From: Ascidiella aspersa
Lineage: Eukaryota
NCBI GenBank assembly: GCA_963924565.1
Contig: OZ004609.1
Span: 6,386,001-6,450,000 of the forward strand
DNA: 64,000 bases
Reading direction: 5' to 3'
A model generated the notes under the pieces. That model was given only the letters and a program-made list of their open reading frames with translations, made no database searches and was not told the DNA's origin. This document shows positions 52,081 to 62,437 of this stretch, piece after piece (position 1 is the first letter of the stretch; each line of letters opens with the position of its first letter). The position numbers were made by a program, and so were the translations under genes.

Positions 52081-53317
52081 TCAGCACGGCTGTCCATCCA
52101 CAGTTTCGGCCACAGTTTGACCGCACACTGGACACTTGGGCACCATAGGCTTGCAGTCCAAGCAGCAGGCCAAATGCTTGCAGGGAAGCAGTACAACGGT
52201 AGCCTTACGAAACAGGCATATCTTGCAGATTCCTCTGTAACGCAATTCCTGCAGTTCCCGTTCGTCCGTCTCGCGGCCTCGAGTGGCTTGGGGCTGTTTG
52301 GCCGTTGTTACGTCATTGTCAGCTGTTATGACGTCAAGGATTGGGGAAGCGGGTGACGGGGTGGGGGCGTTTGACTCTTGAGCGTCGAGCACCGCGTCCA
52401 GGAAAGTCTCAAGAGAATCGAAATGCGACCCGTGAACTTGGAGTTGCCTGTAACACGTGTGCATAGGGTTGAAATTTTGGCAAAACTATCAGGTAAATTA
52501 AAAGTCTGTTAACTTCCAGTAAAGTGTTTTGAAACCCATGGATAAAATGCAAATCGAACTATTATAATATATTTGTTGTTAAAAATATCGAAAGACTATT
52601 TTGAAATGTTCTTATTAAAAATCGGTTGTAGTTGGAGAAACGGCTTCTGTATACAATTCCGCACGATATTTTTGCTGGTGCCTAATTGGTTAGAAAAAGG
52701 TTTTTAGGCATGACCCGAATGGTTCAATGCTAATAAAAAAGGGTTATTTGGGTTTAAGAAAAAGCGATACAGTTATCGTCAAATTTATCGTCAAACTGAG
52801 GCCATTTAAATAATTTTCGTAGCTATTAGTAATCTGCCGTAAATTTGTATTTATAAGTGATAGCAATTGAAGTGCCTATACTTATAAGATGTATACTGGT
52901 AGTGGTTTAGCGCAAAGTAAGATGTTACTATCAATATTTTAGTACCACTAGGATTGAGGACAATATTTAAAATTGAACAATTGATTTTAAGATTTCAGAA
53001 TAGATTTGAAAATTTGTAATTAACCGTTTCTATCTCTTGCTTCGGTGGCTTTTGCCCCCTGTATTTTACTGTTCTAATTAGTTCGCAGATTTTTGCTATA
53101 GGTTTTGCCTTAGCCGTAACATGCCAAATAACATTTCTCATTCTTTAGGCATTCGTCAGGTGCCGTAAAGAAAAAAGAAATACAAAGGTAACAGTTAAAA
53201 GTATACCTGGCGACCGCGGCCTGAATGTCTCTTTCGTCGAAGCCCAAACGAACAATCTGTGATTCAAGTTCTCGCCCTCGCTTTCTGTTTTCCTCGCGCT
53301 CGCAAACTTCTTCCCAG
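52081..53317 (-). CDS. IAP-like paralog, UBA + RING exons (5' part not established)
   Basis: Exon 53317-53207 encodes WEEVCEREENRKRGRELESQIVRLGFDERDIQAAVAR. Exon 52447-52081 encodes QLQVHGSHFDSLETFLDAVLDAQ...CKICLFRKATVVLLPCKHLACCLDC..CPVC..GQPC*. The phase-2 intron falls in the Arg codon preceding Gln in the UBA, the same position as in the neighbouring IAP. Confidence 0.82.
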
Positions 53318-53344
53318 CTGAAAAACAGACAGATTTATTATTGT

Positions 53345-53690
53345 TAGTGTTGTAATAACTTAACTGAAATGATTTACACTAAGTCCTTGACTTAAGTATT
53401 TTAAACAAATGGCTTGGGTGAAATAAAGTGTTTTCATCAAGCCTTTATTGATAAAAAAAACTTTATCCAAACTTTTGCACGGAAAACACTTTGCCTGCAG
53501 TATGTTCGTTTTTCGTATATGTTTTACTTGGGGTATTGCTGAAAATCGGACTGAAACGTGTAGTTTTATGACAAGGAATTGATTTGTAATTAACTTGCTC
53601 TAGTTATGACTTGACTTAAACTTAACTTAGACTTAAGTTATTTTACAAATGACTCGACTTGGACTTAAGTCATTTAAAATGACTTGTTTA
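53345..53690. repeat. GACTT(G/A)-rich dispersed repeat (related copies ~36236-36332, ~60626-60748, ~5350-5460)
   Basis: Shared AGTGTTGTA-like left end and arrays of gacttgactt/gacttaagt; tttacaaatgact is shared by the 36.2-kb and 53.6-kb copies. Confidence 0.55.
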
Positions 53691-54055
53691 GGGTTAGCAT
53701 GTGTATTTGTTATTTAACGTGCTTGTGTTGTGTGTGGACTTAAAAGTCTGTTTCAAATCGTTCTGGCTATTTCCTTCGTCTGTGCATCCTGTTTGTTAAC
53801 TGACTGTAAATCACCAACACATTCGCTTTTCCTGCGATGTCAGTTTGTTCTAATTGTACACACTTTACTTGCGAGAAGTGTTTCTCTGCGCTGTGAGTTT
53901 TCTCTGCGCTGTGAGCTAAATTTCGAATTTACGATAAATCTACAAGCGACCTGACAGTATGCACTTTGGAATGTAAGGCAGGTTGTTTAGATCGATTTAA
54001 ACCAGTCCAGATTGTACGGTGGTCATATCTCTCTGTTAAAATATGTAGGTGTAAG

Positions 54056-55283
54056 CAGGGGCACCCGCAGAAAATTTTCCAGGGGGGGCAATCAGGGGCG
54101 TAACCAGAAAATCAAAAAGGGGGTCCTAAATTTTCTACTTAGGGAATTCCCCTATTTTTCGTCTGACGATTATGAATAATAACGTCATTAAACAGTGACA
54201 GCATGACGTCATAGAATGGTGATTGCAAGACGTAATAACAAAACTAATCAGAAACAGCCAAATACGTCCAGCAAAAGCGTCCACGTGCGTCGTCCACAAT
54301 CCTGTCAGGCGCCAGCTGCGAAATGGTGTGCAATCGTTAACATTAAGCAAAAAAACAAACCAAGACCGTGAATTATTCTTGATTAATTGTGGTAGCATCA
54401 CACATATTTCGACTATCAGCAGCGCACTTTTCAAGTTCCATGAACCAAACGAACGAGCGCTAAATTACAAGCACGTCTTTCACCACCTGCAATACTAAAA
54501 CAAAGATCGTTTTTTGTTTCGGGTGTTATTATGCCACGATTAGCGTAACATCTGCGCCGAGCTGTGTGCAAAGTCAGCTAAATTACAAGCTGCGGTTGAG
54601 GGGAAATAAGTTGTGTCCATTGCACACTTATCACGTGGTCTTAGAGTGCGGTATGCTAAAAGAGCATAATTCTGCGTTAAACGTCATTACTTAAAAATGG
54701 AGACTTTGAAACGCGCACGACAGTCACTATTATACCTCGTTTTAAGAATCTGCTTCAGTTAAATGTCGATATTACACCACAACGGATATTATCGCAGAGA
54801 CCGAACAGCGAGGAACATTGCGTATAACTCGACGTTTTTTAGCGACAAAAAGGGAAGAAGGTTTGACTTAGCTTTGTCAGTTGTCGAATACACACTTGCT
54901 AATCAGTCAACCTAAACAAATAACGAAAGAGAAAAACTTCCAGCGTTTACGGTCGACCAGACAAAAGACGAAAAACGGCGTTTTTCGCTCGATTTTGGTT
55001 TCGCATCAGATTAAGACGCGTGACCCAATTACTTAAAAAGCACGCCACCTCGAACAGTTTGTTAAACCATAACAAAAACGAACAAAAAACGATAATATTA
55101 CTTACAAAAAGGGGGTAAGAACTCCCGCCCACCTGGATACGCCAATGGGGACAATGGATAATATTTTTAACCTTCATAAGTAATACATATTACACTTAGA
55201 AATAATACTAATAATCGCTTTTTGAAATTCCAGGGGGGGGCAAGTGCCCCTGCCCCCCCTTGCCCCCCGTGCGGGCGCCCATG
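54056..55283. mobile_element. 1.2-kb non-autonomous hAT-type element
   Basis: TIR CAGGGGCACCCGCA / TGCGGGCGCCCATG; G-run subterminal motifs (ccagggggggcaa); perfect 8-bp TSD ggtgtaag (54048-54055 and 55284-55291). Confidence 0.85.
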
Positions 55284-56348
55284 GGTGTAAGATAAAAATG
55301 TCGCTAAAATAGTAGGTTGCGTCTTAGTTTTATGCAAAAGGTCTATGCTTTGCCTAACAAACCCTCAATCGTATGTATGAAATTTATTTAATTTTATTAA
55401 AACGGTATGCTCTTCTGGCGTGTAGTTGAGTTTCAAAGGGCTGTAACTAAACCTTCTTTGCCTAAAATCGTTTTCTCGTGTTTACCGTTTCCTCCAATGC
55501 ATCCAGATTCCTAAATCAGCATGGAAATTATCTAATCACAGACACAGTCGTTTTTGCGCTTGTGTGAAGCTGTATAAATACATAACTAACCCCACATCTA
55601 GCATTCATTAGATGGCAAAAGCAAAGTTGTATGCTCCAGACACAATTTAGTTGATTTAGTTTCTTTATAAAAAGCTTTGTGCACAGATCGTATAATTCCA
55701 ACAATACGGTGACCATTTGGTCGTTACATTGACAGAAGTTCAGAAATTTGGCTCATGCAATTTTGGTTTGTTTATCTGAAATATATGGTCTACGACAAAC
55801 TAACCAGATGGATTCGTCTGAAATAGTGCTTACTGACATTAAAAATCTGGAAATTCGACGTTGCGTTGTTGATGCTGCGAAAATTTTGAAGCTATTCAAA
55901 GGAAAAAAGCAGCAACAAAAGAAGTCATGGTTGAGTGCACGGCATTGTCAGCAGCTGTCTTTTCTCACGCTTACCTTGCTCTCCTACTAGCCAGCCGGCA
56001 GCGCTAGCCTTTATACATTTCAGCACACCATGTCGAAACCTTGTTTGTCGCCTTCGGTGAACTGAGGTTAGACTTGACCGTGCTCAGTTATCACTTGTAG
56101 TCGGTTTGACGGAAAGTTGGTAACAGGTTAGCAACACACCAGAAATGCTCGCCTCGTGAGATTTCAATAGCGAAAATTGATTTCAGCTGTTGTGCGTTTT
56201 TACACTATGGTTTACATTGTCCGAAAATGTTAACAAACTGTAATGTGCCAACCGGATATTCTAACTCTGGTACTATAAATGACAAAGCATAAAAAACTTT
56301 AAAAGTTTCGCATGAAAATAACTCTTTCAAAGCTCATATTATTTAGAG

Positions 56349-56446
56349 CAGGGATGTCCAACATTTTATTATAGTGGGCCGCATTGACACTTGAAAAAAT
56401 TTGGCCGCACAAAAATTTCAGACGGGCCGCAGGTTGGACATCCCTG
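56349..56446. mobile_element. 98-bp hAT-type MITE
   Basis: Perfect 14-bp TIR CAGGGATGTCCAAC / GTTGGACATCCCTG; perfect TSD atttagag; internal GGCCGC repeats. Confidence 0.9.
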
Positions 56447-56648
56447 ATTTAGAGCGTGCTAGCAGTCTACTTGGCCATAGAGACAGACCGAGATCATTAA
56501 ACATTGCAAAACATCTGAATTGGCTAATCAGGCTGAAAAGGAAAACGCACATTCTCAGCAGTTTCAAGACTGCCATGGAGTTCACGCAGATTGGACAAGA
56601 ACTCGTAAATTGAACTTTAGATACCTCGTCAAACATTTACCAGACAGG

Positions 56649-56924
56649 CAGTGCCGGATTACCCATTAGGCTACTAAGGCTATATTTGCCTTAGGCCCTG
56701 GAAAAATTCGCGCCTTAATTTTTAAGGCTAAATTTTTGTATGGCTGATAGTGATCCAGACTTAGTACCAGTGCAGTACAGTTTTTGCTAAAAAACGAATG
56801 ACTGAGTTGCGTCAATATGTGGCTTGTGTGTGAGTAGGTAAATAAATCGTTTCATTTATTCTGCCAAATTAGGCCATTCTCTAGTAAACAGCCTTAGGCC
56901 TTCAGCTCCATTATTCCAGCCGCG
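56649..56924. mobile_element. Degenerate hAT-type MITE
   Basis: Left TIR CAGTGCCGGATTA; GCCTTAGGCC subterminal motifs near both ends; right end degenerate. Confidence 0.45.
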
Positions 56925-57802
56925 CATAGAAGGCATCTCGCTTTGCAACGTTGTGGTTCTAAACCAGTTGAGCAAATTTACTGCACGGCGCACAGCCTCC
57001 GGTCTATTGCATATGTTGAAGCTGGTAAAGCTCAAAAGTCAATAGACGTCGGGTCTAGTTCAGATCAGTTGTACCAGAAGCAGCGCTGTATCGTACTTCA
57101 CCAGTTGTTAACAGTCAGTGGCAACCACTTGACTAAATGGGCTACATTATGGTTTGCGACGCGTTCGTTATTATATTGGAGCGTCACAAAATTTTTCTTA
57201 AACAAATGTGCGAAAATTCACTACTCATTGTAATTTGACCAGTTTATCACTTTGGACTTCGGAAAGATTGCGGAAAGAGTTTGTGAATTGTTTGGTATGA
57301 AAGCCCATAGAGAAGTAGGAATCATTTTTGATGTCTCCTTATTCATTTTAAACATAGTGAGAAGGCACTTTGCTAAACATAGGATAGCAACCATATACTT
57401 AGAAGCAGTGCTTTTTCAAGAGATATTTGAAACGTTTAAAATGCTACCAACTACTGGGCTTGATATTCTTACTACGTCTTACTCCAACCTTTAACCATTA
57501 TGCTTCGAAGCTAGATGTAAATTACTGACATAACGCCAGTTTCTTCAATTGAGTCATTTTTGAAAATATTTCCAATAAACTGTGTAAAATGTAGGGAATA
57601 TTTCGTACTTGTCGTAAAAGAACGATGTCGAAGTGCAAGGCTTGCATTACACATAAGGCAAAATCAGAAATTTAAGTTTTAAACAACTCCGAAAGCCATC
57701 CCAGATATGTGTGTGTATTTATTTTACGCTTGGGCATTATAAGCAGCAAGTAAAAGTGGCACAGTTGTTGTGAACCACTGATCTATTAGCATTTTATTTT
57801 AC

Positions 57803-58209
57803 TTCAATGAAAGATACAAACACATATGTGTATTGTGTGTGTTCAACGACTGTGATCTAGCCCTTCTGAAGCTCATTTTTGACCAAACATTACGGCTTAC
57901 ATATCATTAGCACACCGAACAACATTCTATACGAATTATTTTTGGTATAATAAATAACAAAAAAGGAATAACAAGCCAAGATATCACTGGACTATATTAC
58001 CCATACAGAAATCTTAAGATAATGGCTGGAGGTTGTAGTTAGATGTAAAAGGTATTCCAAAGCCCATAAAGAAGTAGATCGAATTTTGATTGTTTCTAAT
58101 ATATCATTACTGTCAATGAAAGATACCCACACACATGTGTGTTAACAACTGTGATCTATCCTTTTCTTTGGCCAACGATAACGGCTTACGTATCATTTAG
58201 TATACCGAA
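57803..58209. repeat. Dispersed repeat duplicated locally upstream of the methyltransferase (inverted copy at ~29207-29270)
   Basis: tcaatgaaagatac..cacatrtgtg..actgtgatcta..acggcttacrtatcatt..accgaa occurs at ~57803-57919 and ~58113-58209. A reverse-complement copy, ttggtcaaaaagcagcttccgaggggctagatcacagt, lies at 29.2 kb. Confidence 0.65.
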
Positions 58210-58281
58210 AATTTGCGGTGCATTATCTCTTACTTTGTTTACGATTTTTAAGGTTACTAAAAAAAACAAACGGTGACAAAC

Positions 58282-58980
58282 ATGTCTGCACTTCCGGAAA
58301 CGACCGAGGAGCGATTCCGCCGCGTTCACTATACAGAAGTGAACAACGCCAAGGAGGCCGTCTCGCTGTACGAAAGCTGGGCGGAAAAGTACGAGCACGA
58401 CGTGACCACCATGAAGTACGCGGCGCCTTTCTACGCCGTCCAGGCACTCTGTGACGTCATAAAGTCGGACCCGGCGCTGGAGCGCTCCACGTGCTCGGTA
58501 ATCGACTTCGCGGCCGGCACCGGCCTTTCGGGCCAGGAGCTGCGGCGTGCCGGTTTCACGGGAACAGTTGACGCACAGGACGGCAGTGAGCATATGTTAC
58601 GCCAAGCTAAGGGCGACCTTTACCGCCGTAAGTTCTGCTGTCTGCTAGAAAAGGGCGCGCAAATGCCGGGCGAGCTGGCGACCGGCTGCTACGACGTGGC
58701 CATCATGTGCGGCGGCCTGAGTCCAAGCCAGGTCCTAGCCGACTGCCTGTACCTGATGCTGGACGCTGTCAGGGTTGGCGGGTACGTGGTCTTCACGGTG
58801 AGGAGCAACCCGGCCATGCTTGCCTTTGTCGAAACCGTCGACACCGAGGTTAAGCGGTGGATTGATGCCGGGCTCGCTACTGTCATCTCGCGGCAGGAGC
58901 ACGACGGCTTTGAGCTCGCGGACGTCGACACCGGCTCCAAACACTTCCCCGGGCTGGTCTGCGTCTTTCGCAAGTGCTGA
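58282..58980 (+). CDS. METTL27: Class I SAM-dependent methyltransferase, METTL27/WBSCR27-like, single coding exon, 232 aa
   Basis: Uninterrupted ORF from ATG 58282 (the ORF track starts at an upstream GTG). Motifs: LYESWAEKYEHD..YAAP, motif I VIDFAAGTGLSG, post-I VDAQDGSEHML..AK, motif II YDVAIMCGG, VRVGGYVVFTVR. Confidence 0.85.
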   Translation: MSALPETTEERFRRVHYTEVNNAKEAVSLYESWAEKYEHDVTTMKYAAPFYAVQALCDVIKSDPALERSTCSVIDFAAGTGLSGQELRRAGFTGTVDAQDGSEHMLRQAKGDLYRRKFCCLLEKGAQMPGELATGCYDVAIMCGGLSPSQVLADCLYLMLDAVRVGGYVVFTVRSNPAMLAFVETVDTEVKRWIDAGLATVISRQEHDGFELADVDTGSKHFPGLVCVFRKC

Positions 58981-60219
58981 GATGTTTTTGTTTTCGTCCG
59001 CTTTAATCTTCGATTCAATCCGGTGTGTTTGTGCGGCGCGTGTTTAAATATATTCTGTCTTCTCTAAATTGGTACTAGAGTAAATTATTTTTGAGCAATT
59101 CACCATACGTTTTTACTTCTCTCTTTCAATTCTCTCTCGTGCGACATCTTTTCTTTAATCGGCTGTGTAACAGTGTTTATTAACTGTTTGTTTTTCGTGG
59201 ACCATCATGTCTATAAAGACAACTATGTGCAGATAATCAATAAGAAGGCGTGTTCTCAAACCTGGATTCCAAATGTGAAAAGCTAAATTGTCTTGAAATT
59301 GTCATAAAAATACTAAACTATCTTGAAATTTGTCTTGAAATTGTCAAATCTCCTTTCACTAGGGACTTTTTTTGTCTTGAGCCAAAATTATAAAGCAGAA
59401 TTCTCCCAAATTTCAAAACGCAATATTGATGTTTCAACGATGGGATTTGAATAAACTTTACCTCGCCACTACTATAAAAGAATTGTCATTTTATACTCCT
59501 TCAATATTTTGCGATTGATGTTAAATATCCCTCAACTAAACCCACCCAAACCCCAATAAACGATATTGGAAGAAATGTGCTTGGCTTAAATTTTTTAGTT
59601 TTAATTTTTTAATTTTACTATATTCCTGATTGTTTTTATAAACATATTTAAATAGAGTCCATTTCTGTTTGTTTAATGCATTTTTGTTTGAATAAAATAA
59701 AATTTATAATACATTTATGTTTGTTTTTTCGCAATAATAAATTCATTACAACTATAAGCGGAGTTTGTGTAAGTTTCTAATACGACGAAGCATTGCTTTT
59801 ATCAACGTGAATTCTGGCTGATTTAGTGGTATTTATTTTTTTCTTATTTAAAACAATGAGCGCCGTTGGCCAATAAATGTTCAGTAGTAGTTCCAGGTTG
59901 GTTCGATTTTCTCAGCGGCTTGGCAAAAACTATTTAGTTATAGAGGCAAGATCAAAATAAAAGATGAAGGTAATTGTAAACCATATAACAGTTAAGAGTC
60001 TAAAAAAATAAAATAATGGTAATTCAATCAATAAAAAAAAATTGCTTCCAGTCGACTTGTAACGAATTTAATGGATTTTCACACACTTGATTATAAAACA
60101 GTTGGGTTTTATTGTCGCCCCGGCTTTCATCTTCACAAATTTAATCCGATTTTTGTTAACACAGAAGACATTGGTTATTAGATGAGGGGCAGTTGACGTT
60201 AAAAAAGTACTAAACCTAC

Positions 60220-60321
60220 TTGTGGCCGCAGACATCCTGGCCGATTGCACGGGGTGGAAGTAATGGCGTCGAACTCGTGGTGTTGTGGAACTGGTGATTC
60301 GTAAGAAACGACTGGCTTGCC
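60220..60321 (-). CDS. Candidate exon following the 62.2-kb exon (internal phase 2-2 exon, or terminal exon)
   Basis: Acceptor tttgtatcgcag| is in phase with the upstream exon and reads ASQSFLTNHQFHNTTSSTPLLPPRAIGQDVCGH. It ends either at the donor |gtaggt (exon end 60220) or at the in-frame TAG just after it. Confidence 0.45.
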
Positions 60322-62175
60322 CTGCGATACAAACAAAGTCTTACTTAATAGTGGCAAATCTCTTGTAAAATGGTGTATTGCTTCTTGGAAATTCTGTTTG
60401 ATCAGTAGCAAATAGCCTTCCAAGCTTGTTGGACCTAAAAGCACATTATCCATTAATTATATCACCAAAATTATTCGCCTAATGCCTTGCCGTATATTAA
60501 GCGACTGTCAAGTTATAATATTGTTGTTTTGTAGAAAGTGCGCTGAGAATATTATAGAGTTACGCAGGCTAAAACAGTTTAAGAATCACTGATCAGTGAG
60601 CCATAGTACCCTAAACTATCCTTTTCAGTGTTGTATTGACTAAAATGTGCTCTAGTCAATCATTTTCATTTGAACTTTGACTTACGTTTTGGTCAAAATG
60701 AAAACTTGACTTTGACTTGACTAACGCGAAACGCGCTTAAACAACATTATGTATAAAGTGCAATTCTTGCATAAAGAACACTCCAGCAAGTAGTCTAAAA
60801 CTTTATTTACATACTCTTATAATCCTGCTGATTACAGTTATATATAGACTTTAATTTATATATTTTTTTCGTTCTCAGTTCTCTGGGCGCAAGGGCGACC
60901 AGTCATATTGTTCAGCCCACGTTTTTAGCGTAAAAATGACTGTCCACTAAAACCATATACAATACCACCCAAATGAATTAATAAAAAACGACCAGCTTTT
61001 CGTATCACTTTTATGATTAAAATACGTTATAAATTTTGGCAGGGAATTTAAATATTACGCTGCGATTAAGAAAGTTGGCGATGAAAAATCGTTATTGAAA
61101 AAATATGAATAATAATATTCAGCGATATTAACCATTAACTGTTGAGCCAACAAGCCGAATGAATTTAAACATGATTTACGGCTCATTTTAAAGATGGTTC
61201 CACCTGGATTATATCGTTGAAATTTGAACTTGTTGGTTCAACAGTTAACGGTTAATATCGCTGAATATTATTACTACAACCGATGAGACGTATCGGACAG
61301 CTGACTTCAAGGCGGAGTGGGACTCGGGACTCTAGTAAGACCGCACGTAAAACTACCCGAGTCCCGAGTCCGACATGCGCATGCGCAGTACCAATATTAA
61401 AAACTGATAAGGCCGCCAACTGGAAATTGTAAAGGTGTAATGGCATATTTTGGAATAGTTTTCAACCATGTAGTTACGTAAATTGGCGGAATACAGGGTG
61501 TCGAGTCGGAGCCAAGTCTGGGGCTCGACTAAGCCCTACATTTAGCCAGGGTCGGACTCGCGTTATTTTTAACCGTCTCTGTTCACGGTATTTTTGACCC
61601 TGTGCTGCGCCGACCATGGTGGGATCGATGCAGCTTCATTTTGCAACGGTTTGTCTGTTTGTGGTTATACTTATGCGCGACAAATAAAACTTTTCCAATC
61701 TAGAGAACAACTTGCAGTCTTGCAATTTAGACACTTGGTGTCGATTTGTGCATAGCGTGTAATGGCTATGACACTACTAAATAAAAATTTTGCCAATGAA
61801 ATTGAAGTGAAACGTTATTGTGTTCATTTGGTGGATGCTATGCTACAATAGTCTACCATTAACAATCTTTGAAAACATTCCAATTTGTAAATTCAAATTT
61901 TACTAAGGGCATTATGCTATTGGTCTGGTCTATGATTTGTTTCATAATAACAGTAACCACTGTGGAAAAAATGCTATAAATGCACCATGCTAGAAAAAAG
62001 GGTAAAACTTAAGTGTATGAATCATGAAAGGAAAAATTATGTTTTAAGCTAAGCTATATTTAAATAGTTTTCAACTGTGTTTCCCTATTTAAAATTGTTA
62101 AATTACCCCAATGCGTGGTGATTTACTGTACTAATACACAGCAATAAAGTCAAGGTGGAGGAAACTTGGACTTAC

Positions 62176-62437
62176 CCGCTATCCTCGTAGGAAAGCTGTC
62201 GCATCCGGAGTGGAAAATCCCCGGAATTTTCCACCGCGTTTGTCGCGGCCACGACGGAGGGGGGTACTTGCTGAGAAGAAACGTAGCCCCGCTGCTGGGT
62301 CTTGTTTCTGTTGGGTTCCTTGTCCATCCCTCTCATTAGCAGTTGGCCGGCTGGTATTTTGATGGGCCCTGGCGGCGGCGGCGGCGGCGGATTGTTGGAG
62401 TCTGTAGCAGTATGGCGGTTTGGCAACGGGTTGCCAC
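62176..62437 (-). CDS. Orphan internal coding exon (Pro-rich linker) of a minus-strand gene entering from beyond the right end
   Basis: GC-rich open exon bounded by an acceptor (cgcttag|) and donor (|gtaagt), phase 1 to 2. Encodes GNPLPNRHTATDSNN(P-run)GPIKIPAGQLLMRGMDKEPNRNKTQQRGY...YEDSG. Confidence 0.65.

Noticed and set aside
53967-53986. TGGAATGTAAGG resembling miR-1/206
   Set aside because: Only the first 12 nt match and there is no convincing complementary 5' arm.
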